Of a stretch of 64,000 nt of DNA, positions 1-7,288 are shown piece by piece. The DNA is from Bacilli bacterium (lineage in GTDB: Bacteria > Bacillota_I > Bacilli_A > RFN20 > CAG-826): NCBI GenBank assembly GCA_024408095.1, contig JAKSVI010000003.1:2346-66345 (forward strand), in the 5' to 3' direction. The notes beneath the pieces were generated by a model. That model did not search any database. It saw only the letters and a list, made by a program, of their open reading frames with translations, and was not told the DNA's origin. Every line of letters starts with the position of its first letter. Within the stretch, counting starts at the first letter, position 1. Both the position numbers and the translations under genes were made by a program.

Positions 1-911
1 AGCTTAAAAAGAAAGCATTAAGAGATTCCATCAAAGCTAGTAATGCGATTGAAAATATTCACACAACAGAAAAAAGAATAAATCAAATTGCCGCTGGAGA
101 TAACGCTGCTCAAACTCATTCAGAAGAAGAAATTATAGGCTATAGAAACGTTTTGAATGAGATTCATAGCTTAAATGAACGCATTAAATTTGACGAAATT
201 ACTATTTTAGATTTACATAATCAATTGCTTAAAGAAGCTGATGTAGCAGGGAGGGGACATTATAAAACTGAAGCTAACGTTATTAGCGAAAAGAGAAACG
301 GTAAGAGTTATATAGTTTTTGTTCCAACTAGACCTGATGAAGTTGAGGAATCAATGAATCAAGCATTGCTTGCTTATCAAGAAGCGATTCATGATCCAGA
401 AATTAATCCATTGCTTTTAATCCCATGTTTTATTTTAGATTTTTTGTGTATTCACCCATTTGATGACGGAAATGGCAGAATGTCTAGATTATTAACTTTA
501 TTGCTTCTATATAAAAGTGGATTTGATATTGGGAGATACATTTCAATTGAAAAGGTAATTAATGATACAAAAGATGATTATTATGATGCCTTATATAAAT
601 CTTCAATTAATTGGCACGAAAATAACAACGACTATTCTCATTTCATTTTATATATGATTAGAGTCATTTATCGTTGTTATAAATTATTAGATGAAAATGT
701 TTTTGGAATGATAGATAAAAAGCTTAATAAAAGTGAAAGAATCGAATATCTTTTATTAAATACGTTTGTTCCACTTAGTAAACAACAAATAATGGAACAA
801 TTACCGGATGTTAGCGAAAATCTTGTAGAAACAATTTTATCAAAGCTTATTTCAGAAGGAAAAATTATTAAAATAGGTAGTTATAAAGATGCAATGTATT
901 ATCGAAAATAA
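1..911 (+). CDS. Fic/DOC family protein, 5' end outside window
   Basis: The frame of ORF 153..911 stays open back to nt 3 (LKKKALRDSIKASNAIENIHTTEKR...), so the TTG at 153 is not the real start. It has the canonical Fic motif HPFDDGNGRMSRLL (HxFx[D/E]GNGRxxR). The N-terminal SNAIEN fits the S/TxxxE[G/N] autoinhibitory helix motif. The C-terminus looks like a wHTH. Confidence 0.85.
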   Translation, partial: LKKKALRDSIKASNAIENIHTTEKRINQIAAGDNAAQTHSEEEIIGYRNVLNEIHSLNERIKFDEITILDLHNQLLKEADVAGRGHYKTEANVISEKRNGKSYIVFVPTRPDEVEESMNQALLAYQEAIHDPEINPLLLIPCFILDFLCIHPFDDGNGRMSRLLTLLLLYKSGFDIGRYISIEKVINDTKDDYYDALYKSSINWHENNNDYSHFILYMIRVIYRCYKLLDENVFGMIDKKLNKSERIEYLLLNTFVPLSKQQIMEQLPDVSENLVETILSKLISEGKIIKIGSYKDAMYYRK

Positions 912-992
912 TCTAACTATAGAGGATAATTGTTATGGAAATCGAGATTTTTGCAATATAGTATTTATATAATAAGGTGATGGGTAAATAAA

Positions 993-1616
993 ATGCTTCC
1001 TGAAGAAATTGAATCAATAAGAAAAGAATTGTTTACAGAAACTGATAAAAACGAAATTGTAAAAAAACTAATTAATATAAACCAAAAGATAATACAAAAT
1101 TATTTTCTAAAAATTTTTAGTGGAAAAGAACTTGTTTGTAAGGTTTATTTAAATTGGATTGAATCTTATTTTGATAATAAATATTATCATGACATTGTTG
1201 TTGGGAGAAATAGACCAGCCTGTGATTGTAATCCAATTCAGGAAACATGCGGTAATCTTTATGTTTCCTTAAGAGGCCCTCTATATCGTCATAGGGTTGA
1301 TATTACCTTAGGAAAAAAAGATAATTTCTATTCAATTCTTTTAAAAAGAGTATCATTAGAACCTTCTAAGCCATTAAAACTTGAACAATGTGCACTTGCA
1401 AGGATTTTAGGCAAATATAATACAAATGTTTTGCATTTTGAACTTTGCAAAAAATCATCGGTTACTAGTGAAAGCGAAGAAAGAATAGGAATAATTTTAC
1501 AAGATAAACCAAATAACAATAATGATTATAAATTAGCAGAGCGTTGGTCTAAATATGTCCTGGAACACAATAGGTCAGTAAGAGTAGAGCATTTAGATAA
1601 TATATTGACAAAATAA
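993..1616 (+). CDS. hypothetical protein (207 aa), no recognisable domain
   Basis: Long ORF with AAGGTGA about 12 nt upstream of the ATG. It has a Cys cluster (ACDCNPIQETC). I recognise no family motif. Confidence 0.6.
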   Translation: MLPEEIESIRKELFTETDKNEIVKKLININQKIIQNYFLKIFSGKELVCKVYLNWIESYFDNKYYHDIVVGRNRPACDCNPIQETCGNLYVSLRGPLYRHRVDITLGKKDNFYSILLKRVSLEPSKPLKLEQCALARILGKYNTNVLHFELCKKSSVTSESEERIGIILQDKPNNNNDYKLAERWSKYVLEHNRSVRVEHLDNILTK

Positions 1617-1640
1617 AAGTTACCCCCTACATAATAAAGT

Positions 1641-1772
1641 AACCATAAAGAGTGTGGCGAGAGACAAGCTCCATGACCCACCAGCAACCTGTTAATGTAC
1701 TTACAAGGTGCTAAAACTTGAATGATGGGAAATATTTAGTAGATATGCCCATCATTGATGGGCTTTTGTTTA
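1641..1772 (+). promoter_or_regulatory. candidate S-box (SAM-I clan)-like riboswitch with intrinsic terminator expression platform
   Basis: AAAGAG junction at 1647-52. P2 pairs GUGG 1654-57 with CCAC 1678-81; it encloses GAG 1661-63/CUC 1669-71 and an AUGA (1673-76) k-turn-like bulge. GCAACC 1684-89 and GGUGCUAA 1707-14 flank a P3 hairpin. The P2 loop CAAG 1665-68 is complementary to CUUG 1717-20 (pseudoknot). The 3' P1 strand AUGAUGGG 1722-29 can pair with CCAU 1643-46 or with CCCAUCAU 1748-55 (antiterminator). A terminator follows. There is no canonical P4 between GGUGCUAA and P1. Confidence 0.6.
1747..1772 (+). terminator. intrinsic terminator (riboswitch expression platform)
   Basis: GCCCATC-ATT-GATGGGC stem-loop followed by TTTTGTTT. 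Confidence 0.7.
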
Positions 1773-1807
1773 TATCTTATGGTTGTGTTCAAAAGGAGAT
1801 AAATAAA

Positions 1808-2152
1808 ATGAAACAAATTCCTCTGGTCTACAAATCTAAAGATGATTTGAAAGCAGTTATTACAATATGTAAAAAACTAAATTATAAGATTATGCATTGT
1901 TTAGATGATATTGATTCAATAAAAGAACATATTGTAGCAATAGTATTAGATACAGAATATAAAGAAGTATTTCAATCAAATGTTACATGTATGGCTTGTT
2001 GGTGTTCTTCTAGCAAAGAACCTAGAAAACCTTTGTATGCCGACCAATTTGTTGAAAATTATGAAAAATTATTAATTGAAAAAGATGATAAATTCTACAA
2101 CAAGATGATACGAAGAAATTTCAAACTATATAAGAAAAGTATGAAAATATAA
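1808..2152 (+). CDS. hypothetical protein (114 aa, Cys-rich CMACWCSS segment)
   Basis: ATG at 1808 lies 9 nt after AAAGGAG. The listed TTG start at 1718 sits inside the riboswitch/terminator and is unlikely to be used. No family recognised. Confidence 0.6.
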   Translation: MKQIPLVYKSKDDLKAVITICKKLNYKIMHCLDDIDSIKEHIVAIVLDTEYKEVFQSNVTCMACWCSSSKEPRKPLYADQFVENYEKLLIEKDDKFYNKMIRRNFKLYKKSMKI

Positions 2153-2235
2153 CAAAATGTACTTGCACAAGTATATAAACAATATGAATGCATATCACGA
2201 TATTTTACTTTTATAATAATAACGAGGATTAAAAA

Positions 2236-3177
2236 ATGACCAAAAAAAATTTTCTTATAAACCCACTTAAATACAAAACAAAAAATGAGTTCATGATGTT
2301 TTTGAAAAAATGTGATCTAAATTATATTAGTTTAGAAATTAAACATATTGAAAAACTAAAAGATGAATATTTTCTTTTATATTTACAATATGAAGCAAGA
2401 GTTGTATCTGAAATCATAATGCCTCTTACAAATAAATATAATAAAGATAAAGAAAATTGTAATAAAAGTGAATTAAAAGAAATGGTTAACAAAACCATTA
2501 AATTTGGTTTTGAATTAAAAACAATTTTAGAATTAAAAGAAAAAGAAACATTTGAAATTGTTGATAATAAAAATAATCAAGAGAGCTTTGATAAAAAGAC
2601 ATTAATGAGACAAGCTTCAAAAACCTATAATCTATTAAATAATGCATTTAGTGATTTTTCTAAAAGTTCTTTTAATTGTGTTGATCAACTTTTGAGAAGA
2701 TTAATTAATGTACCAGTAACATATTATCAAAATTTATTGGGAATAACTAACACAGGTGATAAGACAATTGATGAGTATTTATTAAAAGAAGAAAAGCAGT
2801 TTGTTCCAGATGTTTTAGTTGGCAAATCTGAAGATATGAAGACTCATGAAAGTGGAAAGTGCTGGGCAAATTCTTATTCATTATATAGCTCTACATTTTT
2901 AGAAACATTAAAACTAATTAACGAAGCTTATTATGCTCCAGAAGTTGACCATTGTGCTTTACGCGCAAAACGATATGCACAATTAATTAGAGATTTAAGA
3001 AGTGAGGATTATATTAGTGTTTCCAAAATTCAAAAGAAATATTCAATAAGCAATAAAGTTTCTGAATCAAGAATGAATGTATTAATAAATCTTGGCTTGG
3101 TTTCAAAAACACGTGACAAATCCAGGTATAAAGTTAACAAGAAAAAATTGGAGAATCTTTTTCATGGGAATTGTTAG
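2236..3177 (+). CDS. hypothetical protein with C-terminal FtsK-gamma-like winged helix
   Basis: GAGGA RBS. The C-terminal DYISVSKIQKKYSISNKVSESRMNVLINLGLVSK resembles the FtsK gamma domain pattern (sis.lQrr..iGynRAarl.d.LE..GiVs). The N-terminal ~250 aa are unrecognised. Confidence 0.55.
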   Translation: MTKKNFLINPLKYKTKNEFMMFLKKCDLNYISLEIKHIEKLKDEYFLLYLQYEARVVSEIIMPLTNKYNKDKENCNKSELKEMVNKTIKFGFELKTILELKEKETFEIVDNKNNQESFDKKTLMRQASKTYNLLNNAFSDFSKSSFNCVDQLLRRLINVPVTYYQNLLGITNTGDKTIDEYLLKEEKQFVPDVLVGKSEDMKTHESGKCWANSYSLYSSTFLETLKLINEAYYAPEVDHCALRAKRYAQLIRDLRSEDYISVSKIQKKYSISNKVSESRMNVLINLGLVSKTRDKSRYKVNKKKLENLFHGNC

Positions 3178-3604
3178 GCATTTTACTTTAGAAAATATTA
3201 ATTTATGTAAGAAACAAGATCCAATAGTGTTATTTTATTCTTCAACTGGTGCAATGGGGCCAAGTGGACTTATATTGGTAATGCTAGAAAATGAAGATAT
3301 ATATGTTGCTAATGCTTGTAGATATAAAGAAAAAGGATATAAAGAAATAGTTGATTCTTTATTTAAAGAATTCCCCCTTCTTAATTGTATCTCTATGCCA
3401 TTAGTGAAAGGTAAAATAAAGATTCCTTCTTCTCATGAATATATTTATCTTGGCTATGGTAATGGGGCAATTATTAATAAAGGCATTATTAACAAATATA
3501 AGATTAAAGATTTTAGAAGCTTCTTTGGTTTTATAAATAAAATTGCAAAAACAGATGTAGAAAAAGTAGCATATGCCCAAATAGAATTAATTGAAGGTTT
3601 ATAA
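3164..3604 (+). CDS. hypothetical protein (146 aa)
   Basis: In-frame ATG at 3164 is preceded by GGAG and overlaps the upstream stop by 14 nt (coupled). The listed 3092 start would overlap the upstream gene by 86 nt. No motif recognised. Confidence 0.55.
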   Translation: MGIVRHFTLENINLCKKQDPIVLFYSSTGAMGPSGLILVMLENEDIYVANACRYKEKGYKEIVDSLFKEFPLLNCISMPLVKGKIKIPSSHEYIYLGYGNGAIINKGIINKYKIKDFRSFFGFINKIAKTDVEKVAYAQIELIEGL

Positions 3605-3637
3605 TTTAAAAATATTATTTAAATAGAGAGGATCATT

Positions 3638-4843
3638 ATGGCTACGAATCAAGAAAAATTCAGACGTGAATTATTAATAACATTAGAATATCTAGTTTTA
3701 TTTACGGATGAAAAACATCCTGCTATGGCATCTAAAATTTGTGAATATGCTTATAAACAATATGGGATTAAGTATCATCAAAAGCCACAACCAGGAGATG
3801 AAATAAGAAGAGATAGAGTTCAGGCTTGTCTTGTTTATTTATATAATGAATCAATTAATGGAAATAAAGCTTTAAATATCATTATTGAAAAAACAGATAA
3901 AGGAAAATTTTATGTTGAAAGCAAATATTTTAATGATGAGCAAATTGTTCAAATTGGAAGAGCAATTAAAAATGACAAATATACTGCTGATGATAAATAC
4001 TTGGTTGAATCATTATTAGATTTAACAACAAATATTTATAATAGAGAAAAAATATTTAATGAGATAAGCAGTTTTTCAATCCGATCAAATAAATATAAAG
4101 AAGAAAAAATTTTAAAAACATTAAAACAAATAAGCAAAGATAAAAAAATTGTTGAAGTTATTATTGAAGAAATTTTCATAAATAAAAAAGGCAATAAACA
4201 ATGTAGAAAAGTGGCAGAAAAATGCCTTATATATTGTTTTAAAGAATGGAATAACGTTTTGTTTGTTATAATGGTTCCTTTAGCGAAATCGGGTTTGATC
4301 GTATTACCTGTAGACAAAGTTAAAATATCTTCTTATTACGATGATTTTGATGAAAAAAGAGATGTTGATGCATTGTTTAAACAAAACTCTAATGCCAATA
4401 CAACGAGATACAATTCTATTGATGAATATTTGCACAGCTGTGTTGGTGTTAAGGATGGTGGCTTCATTACTAATGTAGCATTTTGGTACCTCTCTTCCGA
4501 CAAAAGAAAAATTGAAAGCAGTTTTTTAAGATATTTCGACAAAAATATTGATTCAATTGAGTGCAAATCGTTTTCAATCAATAGAAAAGAAAGCAAAATA
4601 ATGCCTATTGATAAAACGAAAGGCGGCACTTGTGTAGTGAATGTTTTAGCTAATCCTATTTCTATTTCTAATTGGATTAAGAGTTCTGAAGAAGTCTCTA
4701 AAGCAATTCATGTAGTAGGACCTGATATCATTAACGTAGATTTAGCTTATTATTTTTATCACAGGGCAAAGAAATACAAAGATTTTATTCCTGATATTGA
4801 AGTTGAATTTATAGAAAAAGACCCTTTTAAATATCCTGAATAA
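3638..4843 (+). CDS. putative HTH + WYL-like domain transcriptional regulator
   Basis: GAGAGGA RBS. The N-terminus LLITLEYLVLFTDEKHPAMASKICEYAYKQYGI...IRRDRVQACLVYL matches the wHTH layout of YafY/PafBC/BrxR/CapW-type regulators. The central segment CRKVAEKCLIYCFKEWNNVLFVIMVPLAKSGLIVLPVDKV resembles a WYL beta-barrel. Assigned by pattern only. Confidence 0.5.
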   Translation: MATNQEKFRRELLITLEYLVLFTDEKHPAMASKICEYAYKQYGIKYHQKPQPGDEIRRDRVQACLVYLYNESINGNKALNIIIEKTDKGKFYVESKYFNDEQIVQIGRAIKNDKYTADDKYLVESLLDLTTNIYNREKIFNEISSFSIRSNKYKEEKILKTLKQISKDKKIVEVIIEEIFINKKGNKQCRKVAEKCLIYCFKEWNNVLFVIMVPLAKSGLIVLPVDKVKISSYYDDFDEKRDVDALFKQNSNANTTRYNSIDEYLHSCVGVKDGGFITNVAFWYLSSDKRKIESSFLRYFDKNIDSIECKSFSINRKESKIMPIDKTKGGTCVVNVLANPISISNWIKSSEEVSKAIHVVGPDIINVDLAYYFYHRAKKYKDFIPDIEVEFIEKDPFKYPE

Positions 4844-5027
4844 AATACAAATGTGGAAGTATTTCTTAATTATTTTTTTATATAACAACAAATATAATAA
4901 GATAATTTAATCAAATTAATTATGAAATTTTAGATTAATTTTAAAAGATGATCAAAATATCGTAGATGTTGACAAGGATTTCAACTTAGAAAGATGCTTA
5001 GATGAACTAATAATATAACAAAGACCT

Positions 5028-5046
5028 TTATGGAATATTTCCATAA
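5028..5046. promoter_or_regulatory. perfect 19-bp palindrome, candidate operator just upstream of the ARH gene RBS
   Basis: TTATGGAA-TAT-TTCCATAA, 20 nt upstream of the ATG at 5066 and downstream of the WYL-like regulator gene. Confidence 0.3.
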
Positions 5047-5065
5047 GAGTACAGAAAGGAGTATT

Positions 5066-5914
5066 ATGCTTGGCGCGATAATTGGAGATATGGTTGGTTC
5101 GGTTTATGAATTTAACTCTATCAAAACTAAAAAATTTAATATCTTTAATATAAACAATAGAATGACGGATGATTCTATGCTTACTTTAGCAGTAGCAGAA
5201 GTTTTATCTAAATATTATCCGATTGATTATACGAAAGAAAATTTAGAAAAAATAAAAAAAGATTTAATCAAAGAATTTGTCGAAACAGTTAAAAAAGATC
5301 CTGGACGAGGTTATGGCGGATTCTTTTATGATTGGTGCAAATATAACAATAATGGCTATAAGCCATACAATTCATATGGAAATGGTTCTGCTATGAGAAT
5401 ATCTCCTGTTGGATGGATTGCAAATAGCGAAGAAGAAGTAAAAAAATTGTCAAAGGCTGTTACTGAAATTACTCATAATCATCAAGAAGGTATTAAAGGT
5501 GCAGAAGCTGTGGCAATGTGCATTTATCTTGCTAGAACAGGGAAAGACAAAGAGTATATAAAACATTATGTTAAAAATAATTATTATCCTGAAATAGATA
5601 AACTAGATTTTGATGAACTTGTAAAAACATATACTTTTAGTGTGACTTGTCAAAAAAGTGTTCCTCAAGCAATTTATTGTTTCTTAATTTCAAATAGTAT
5701 GGAAGATGCTATTAGAAACTGTATTGCTATTGGCGGTGATTGTGACACAACCGGTGCGATGGCAGGTTCAATTGCAGAGGCTTATTACCAAAGAGATGAA
5801 TTATCAGACTTTGAAAAGAAATTTATATATCTTCAAATTGATTCAGGATATATAAATCGAATAAAAAAGTTTTATAATATGCTTAATAACAAGAAACTAA
5901 TTGATGTTAGATAG
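5066..5914 (+). CDS. ADP-ribosylglycohydrolase family protein
   Basis: ATG at 5066 follows AAAGGAG. Family hallmarks: MLGAIIGDMVGSVYEF, TDDSMLTLAVAE, GNGSAMRISPVG, GGDCDTTGAMAGSIAEAYY. Confidence 0.85.
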   Translation: MLGAIIGDMVGSVYEFNSIKTKKFNIFNINNRMTDDSMLTLAVAEVLSKYYPIDYTKENLEKIKKDLIKEFVETVKKDPGRGYGGFFYDWCKYNNNGYKPYNSYGNGSAMRISPVGWIANSEEEVKKLSKAVTEITHNHQEGIKGAEAVAMCIYLARTGKDKEYIKHYVKNNYYPEIDKLDFDELVKTYTFSVTCQKSVPQAIYCFLISNSMEDAIRNCIAIGGDCDTTGAMAGSIAEAYYQRDELSDFEKKFIYLQIDSGYINRIKKFYNMLNNKKLIDVR

Positions 5915-5956
5915 TCAGAAATGGAACAAAATAGTAATAGTTAAAAGGGTAAAATT

Positions 5957-6751
5957 ATGAAAAATAAATATGAATATGTAGTTGGTGAATCAAATGGCAG
6001 TAATGTTTCAATAGATATATTAAAATATCCTAGCTTTTTAGTTACTGGTTCAACCGGTAGTGGAAAGTCTGTTTTTATAGATTCTCTTCTTGCTAAATTA
6101 TTAAACAAAAATAATAACGAGCTTCTTAATTTAGCATTTATTGATACAAAACAAGTCGAATTTTGTATTTTCAAAAACAGCAAATATCTTTATAAGGATT
6201 TAAATAAAGGCTGTTCTGGCATCGCAAATAATAAACAAGATGCGTTGGCTTTAATTGATTCATTAGTTAATGAAGCTAAACTTAGAAAGGAAATGTTTGA
6301 GACTTATAAGGTTCAAAATTTTGATGAGTTTAATCGCCAAGCAGGAAAAGCCTTAGATTTATTAAGCAATCATAAGATGCCTTTGATTTTACTAATAGTG
6401 GATGATTATGCTGATCTACATTATAACGATAACGAAAATAATATAAGTAAAAAAATGGAAGAACTTTCATCGATTTATAAAGATACTGGAATTGTTGTAA
6501 TAGTTTCTTCTCAACGTCCTAATAAAAATATATTTAATAAATCATTAATTGATTCATTTAGTACACATATTTGTTTTGCATTAACATTAAATAGTGATTC
6601 TAAATTTGTATTAGGTAATAATGATGCTACTAAATTAAACGGTGTCGGTAAAGGAATTATATATAATAGGAAAACAAATACTCAAATTCCTTTTCAATCG
6701 CCTTATATTAGTAAAAATGAATTAAAAGCAATAATTATTAGAAGAAATTAA
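5957..6751 (+). CDS. FtsK/SpoIIIE-family ATPase, motor domain only (264 aa)
   Basis: Walker A FLVTGSTGSGKSVF and Walker B PLILLIVDDYADL, then VIVSSQRP and ICFAL as in FtsK alpha/beta domains. There is no TM segment and no gamma domain. Confidence 0.8.
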   Translation: MKNKYEYVVGESNGSNVSIDILKYPSFLVTGSTGSGKSVFIDSLLAKLLNKNNNELLNLAFIDTKQVEFCIFKNSKYLYKDLNKGCSGIANNKQDALALIDSLVNEAKLRKEMFETYKVQNFDEFNRQAGKALDLLSNHKMPLILLIVDDYADLHYNDNENNISKKMEELSSIYKDTGIVVIVSSQRPNKNIFNKSLIDSFSTHICFALTLNSDSKFVLGNNDATKLNGVGKGIIYNRKTNTQIPFQSPYISKNELKAIIIRRN

Positions 6752-6772
6752 CAAGGTGAGCATATACTTAAG

Positions 6773-7143
6773 AAAAATGAAGAAGAGAAACCTAAACAAC
6801 AAGCTTTAGAGAATCCATATCAAAATGGAATAAGCAAAGTTTGGAAGCATTTAATGCACTTGATAAGACTGAGCCTCTTGGTGAGATAAATAATCAACAT
6901 GATACAGTTTATGTGAGCAATGGCTGAACCGGCTACACGTTTGATAACAATAAATATATAAGTCAATACTTAAAAGGCCCTCCGACTAATTTAACTATTA
7001 TAGTTAAGGATACAAGAAATCAAACTGGTTAAGGAACAATATCAATTATTCTTTATGGCGGCTTAATGAACTATGGTTTAGATTTGTTTAAGGACCCTGT
7101 AGATAATAAAGAAAATATTATTTCCATTTGCAAAATAACGTAG
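6773..7143 (+). pseudogene. decayed gene remnant (frameshift plus two in-frame stops)
   Basis: Frame from 6844 reads EAFNALDKTEPLGEINNQHDTVYVSNG*TGYTFDNNKYISQYLKGPPTNLTIIVKDTRNQTG*GTISIILYGGLMNYGLDLFKDPVDNKENIISICKIT. TGA is at 6925 and TAA at 7030. The upstream part (KNEEEKPKQQALENPYQNGISKV) is in another frame. No start codon or RBS. Confidence 0.5.
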
Positions 7144-7288
7144 ATTTGTAATGATTTTCACTACAAAAAAGCACCTTCTATACTAATTTTCAAACTTATT
7201 TTATAAATAAGATTCAAAAATTATTTAATTACATAATTGTTGTTTATAAAATTCAATGATAATATCATTTCTAGAAAGGAATTAAATT

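Noticed and set aside
1718-1807. Listed TTG start (1718) of the 144-aa ORF
   Set aside because: This stretch is occupied by the riboswitch 3' strand, antiterminator and terminator hairpin and has no RBS. The ATG at 1808 has AAAGGAG at ideal spacing.
2158-2175. Palindrome TGTACTTGCACAAGTATA after the 114-aa gene as a terminator
   Set aside because: No T-tract follows it. It may be an operator or chance, so it gives no evidence that the riboswitch-controlled transcript ends here.
3092-3163. N-terminal extension of ORF 3092..3604 overlapping the upstream gene by 86 nt
   Set aside because: It starts on a non-ATG codon without an RBS. The in-frame ATG at 3164 with GGAG gives a normal 14-nt coupled overlap. 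The same logic trims 27752 to 27818, 28973 to 29006, 5030 to 5066, 57705 to 57735 and 32924 to 32930.
7190-7215. AT-rich near-palindrome CTTATTTTATAAATAAG as an island att site or terminator
   Set aside because: It is imperfect and has a composition expected by chance in ~25% GC spacer DNA. No matching direct repeat is visible, and the left island border is outside the window.
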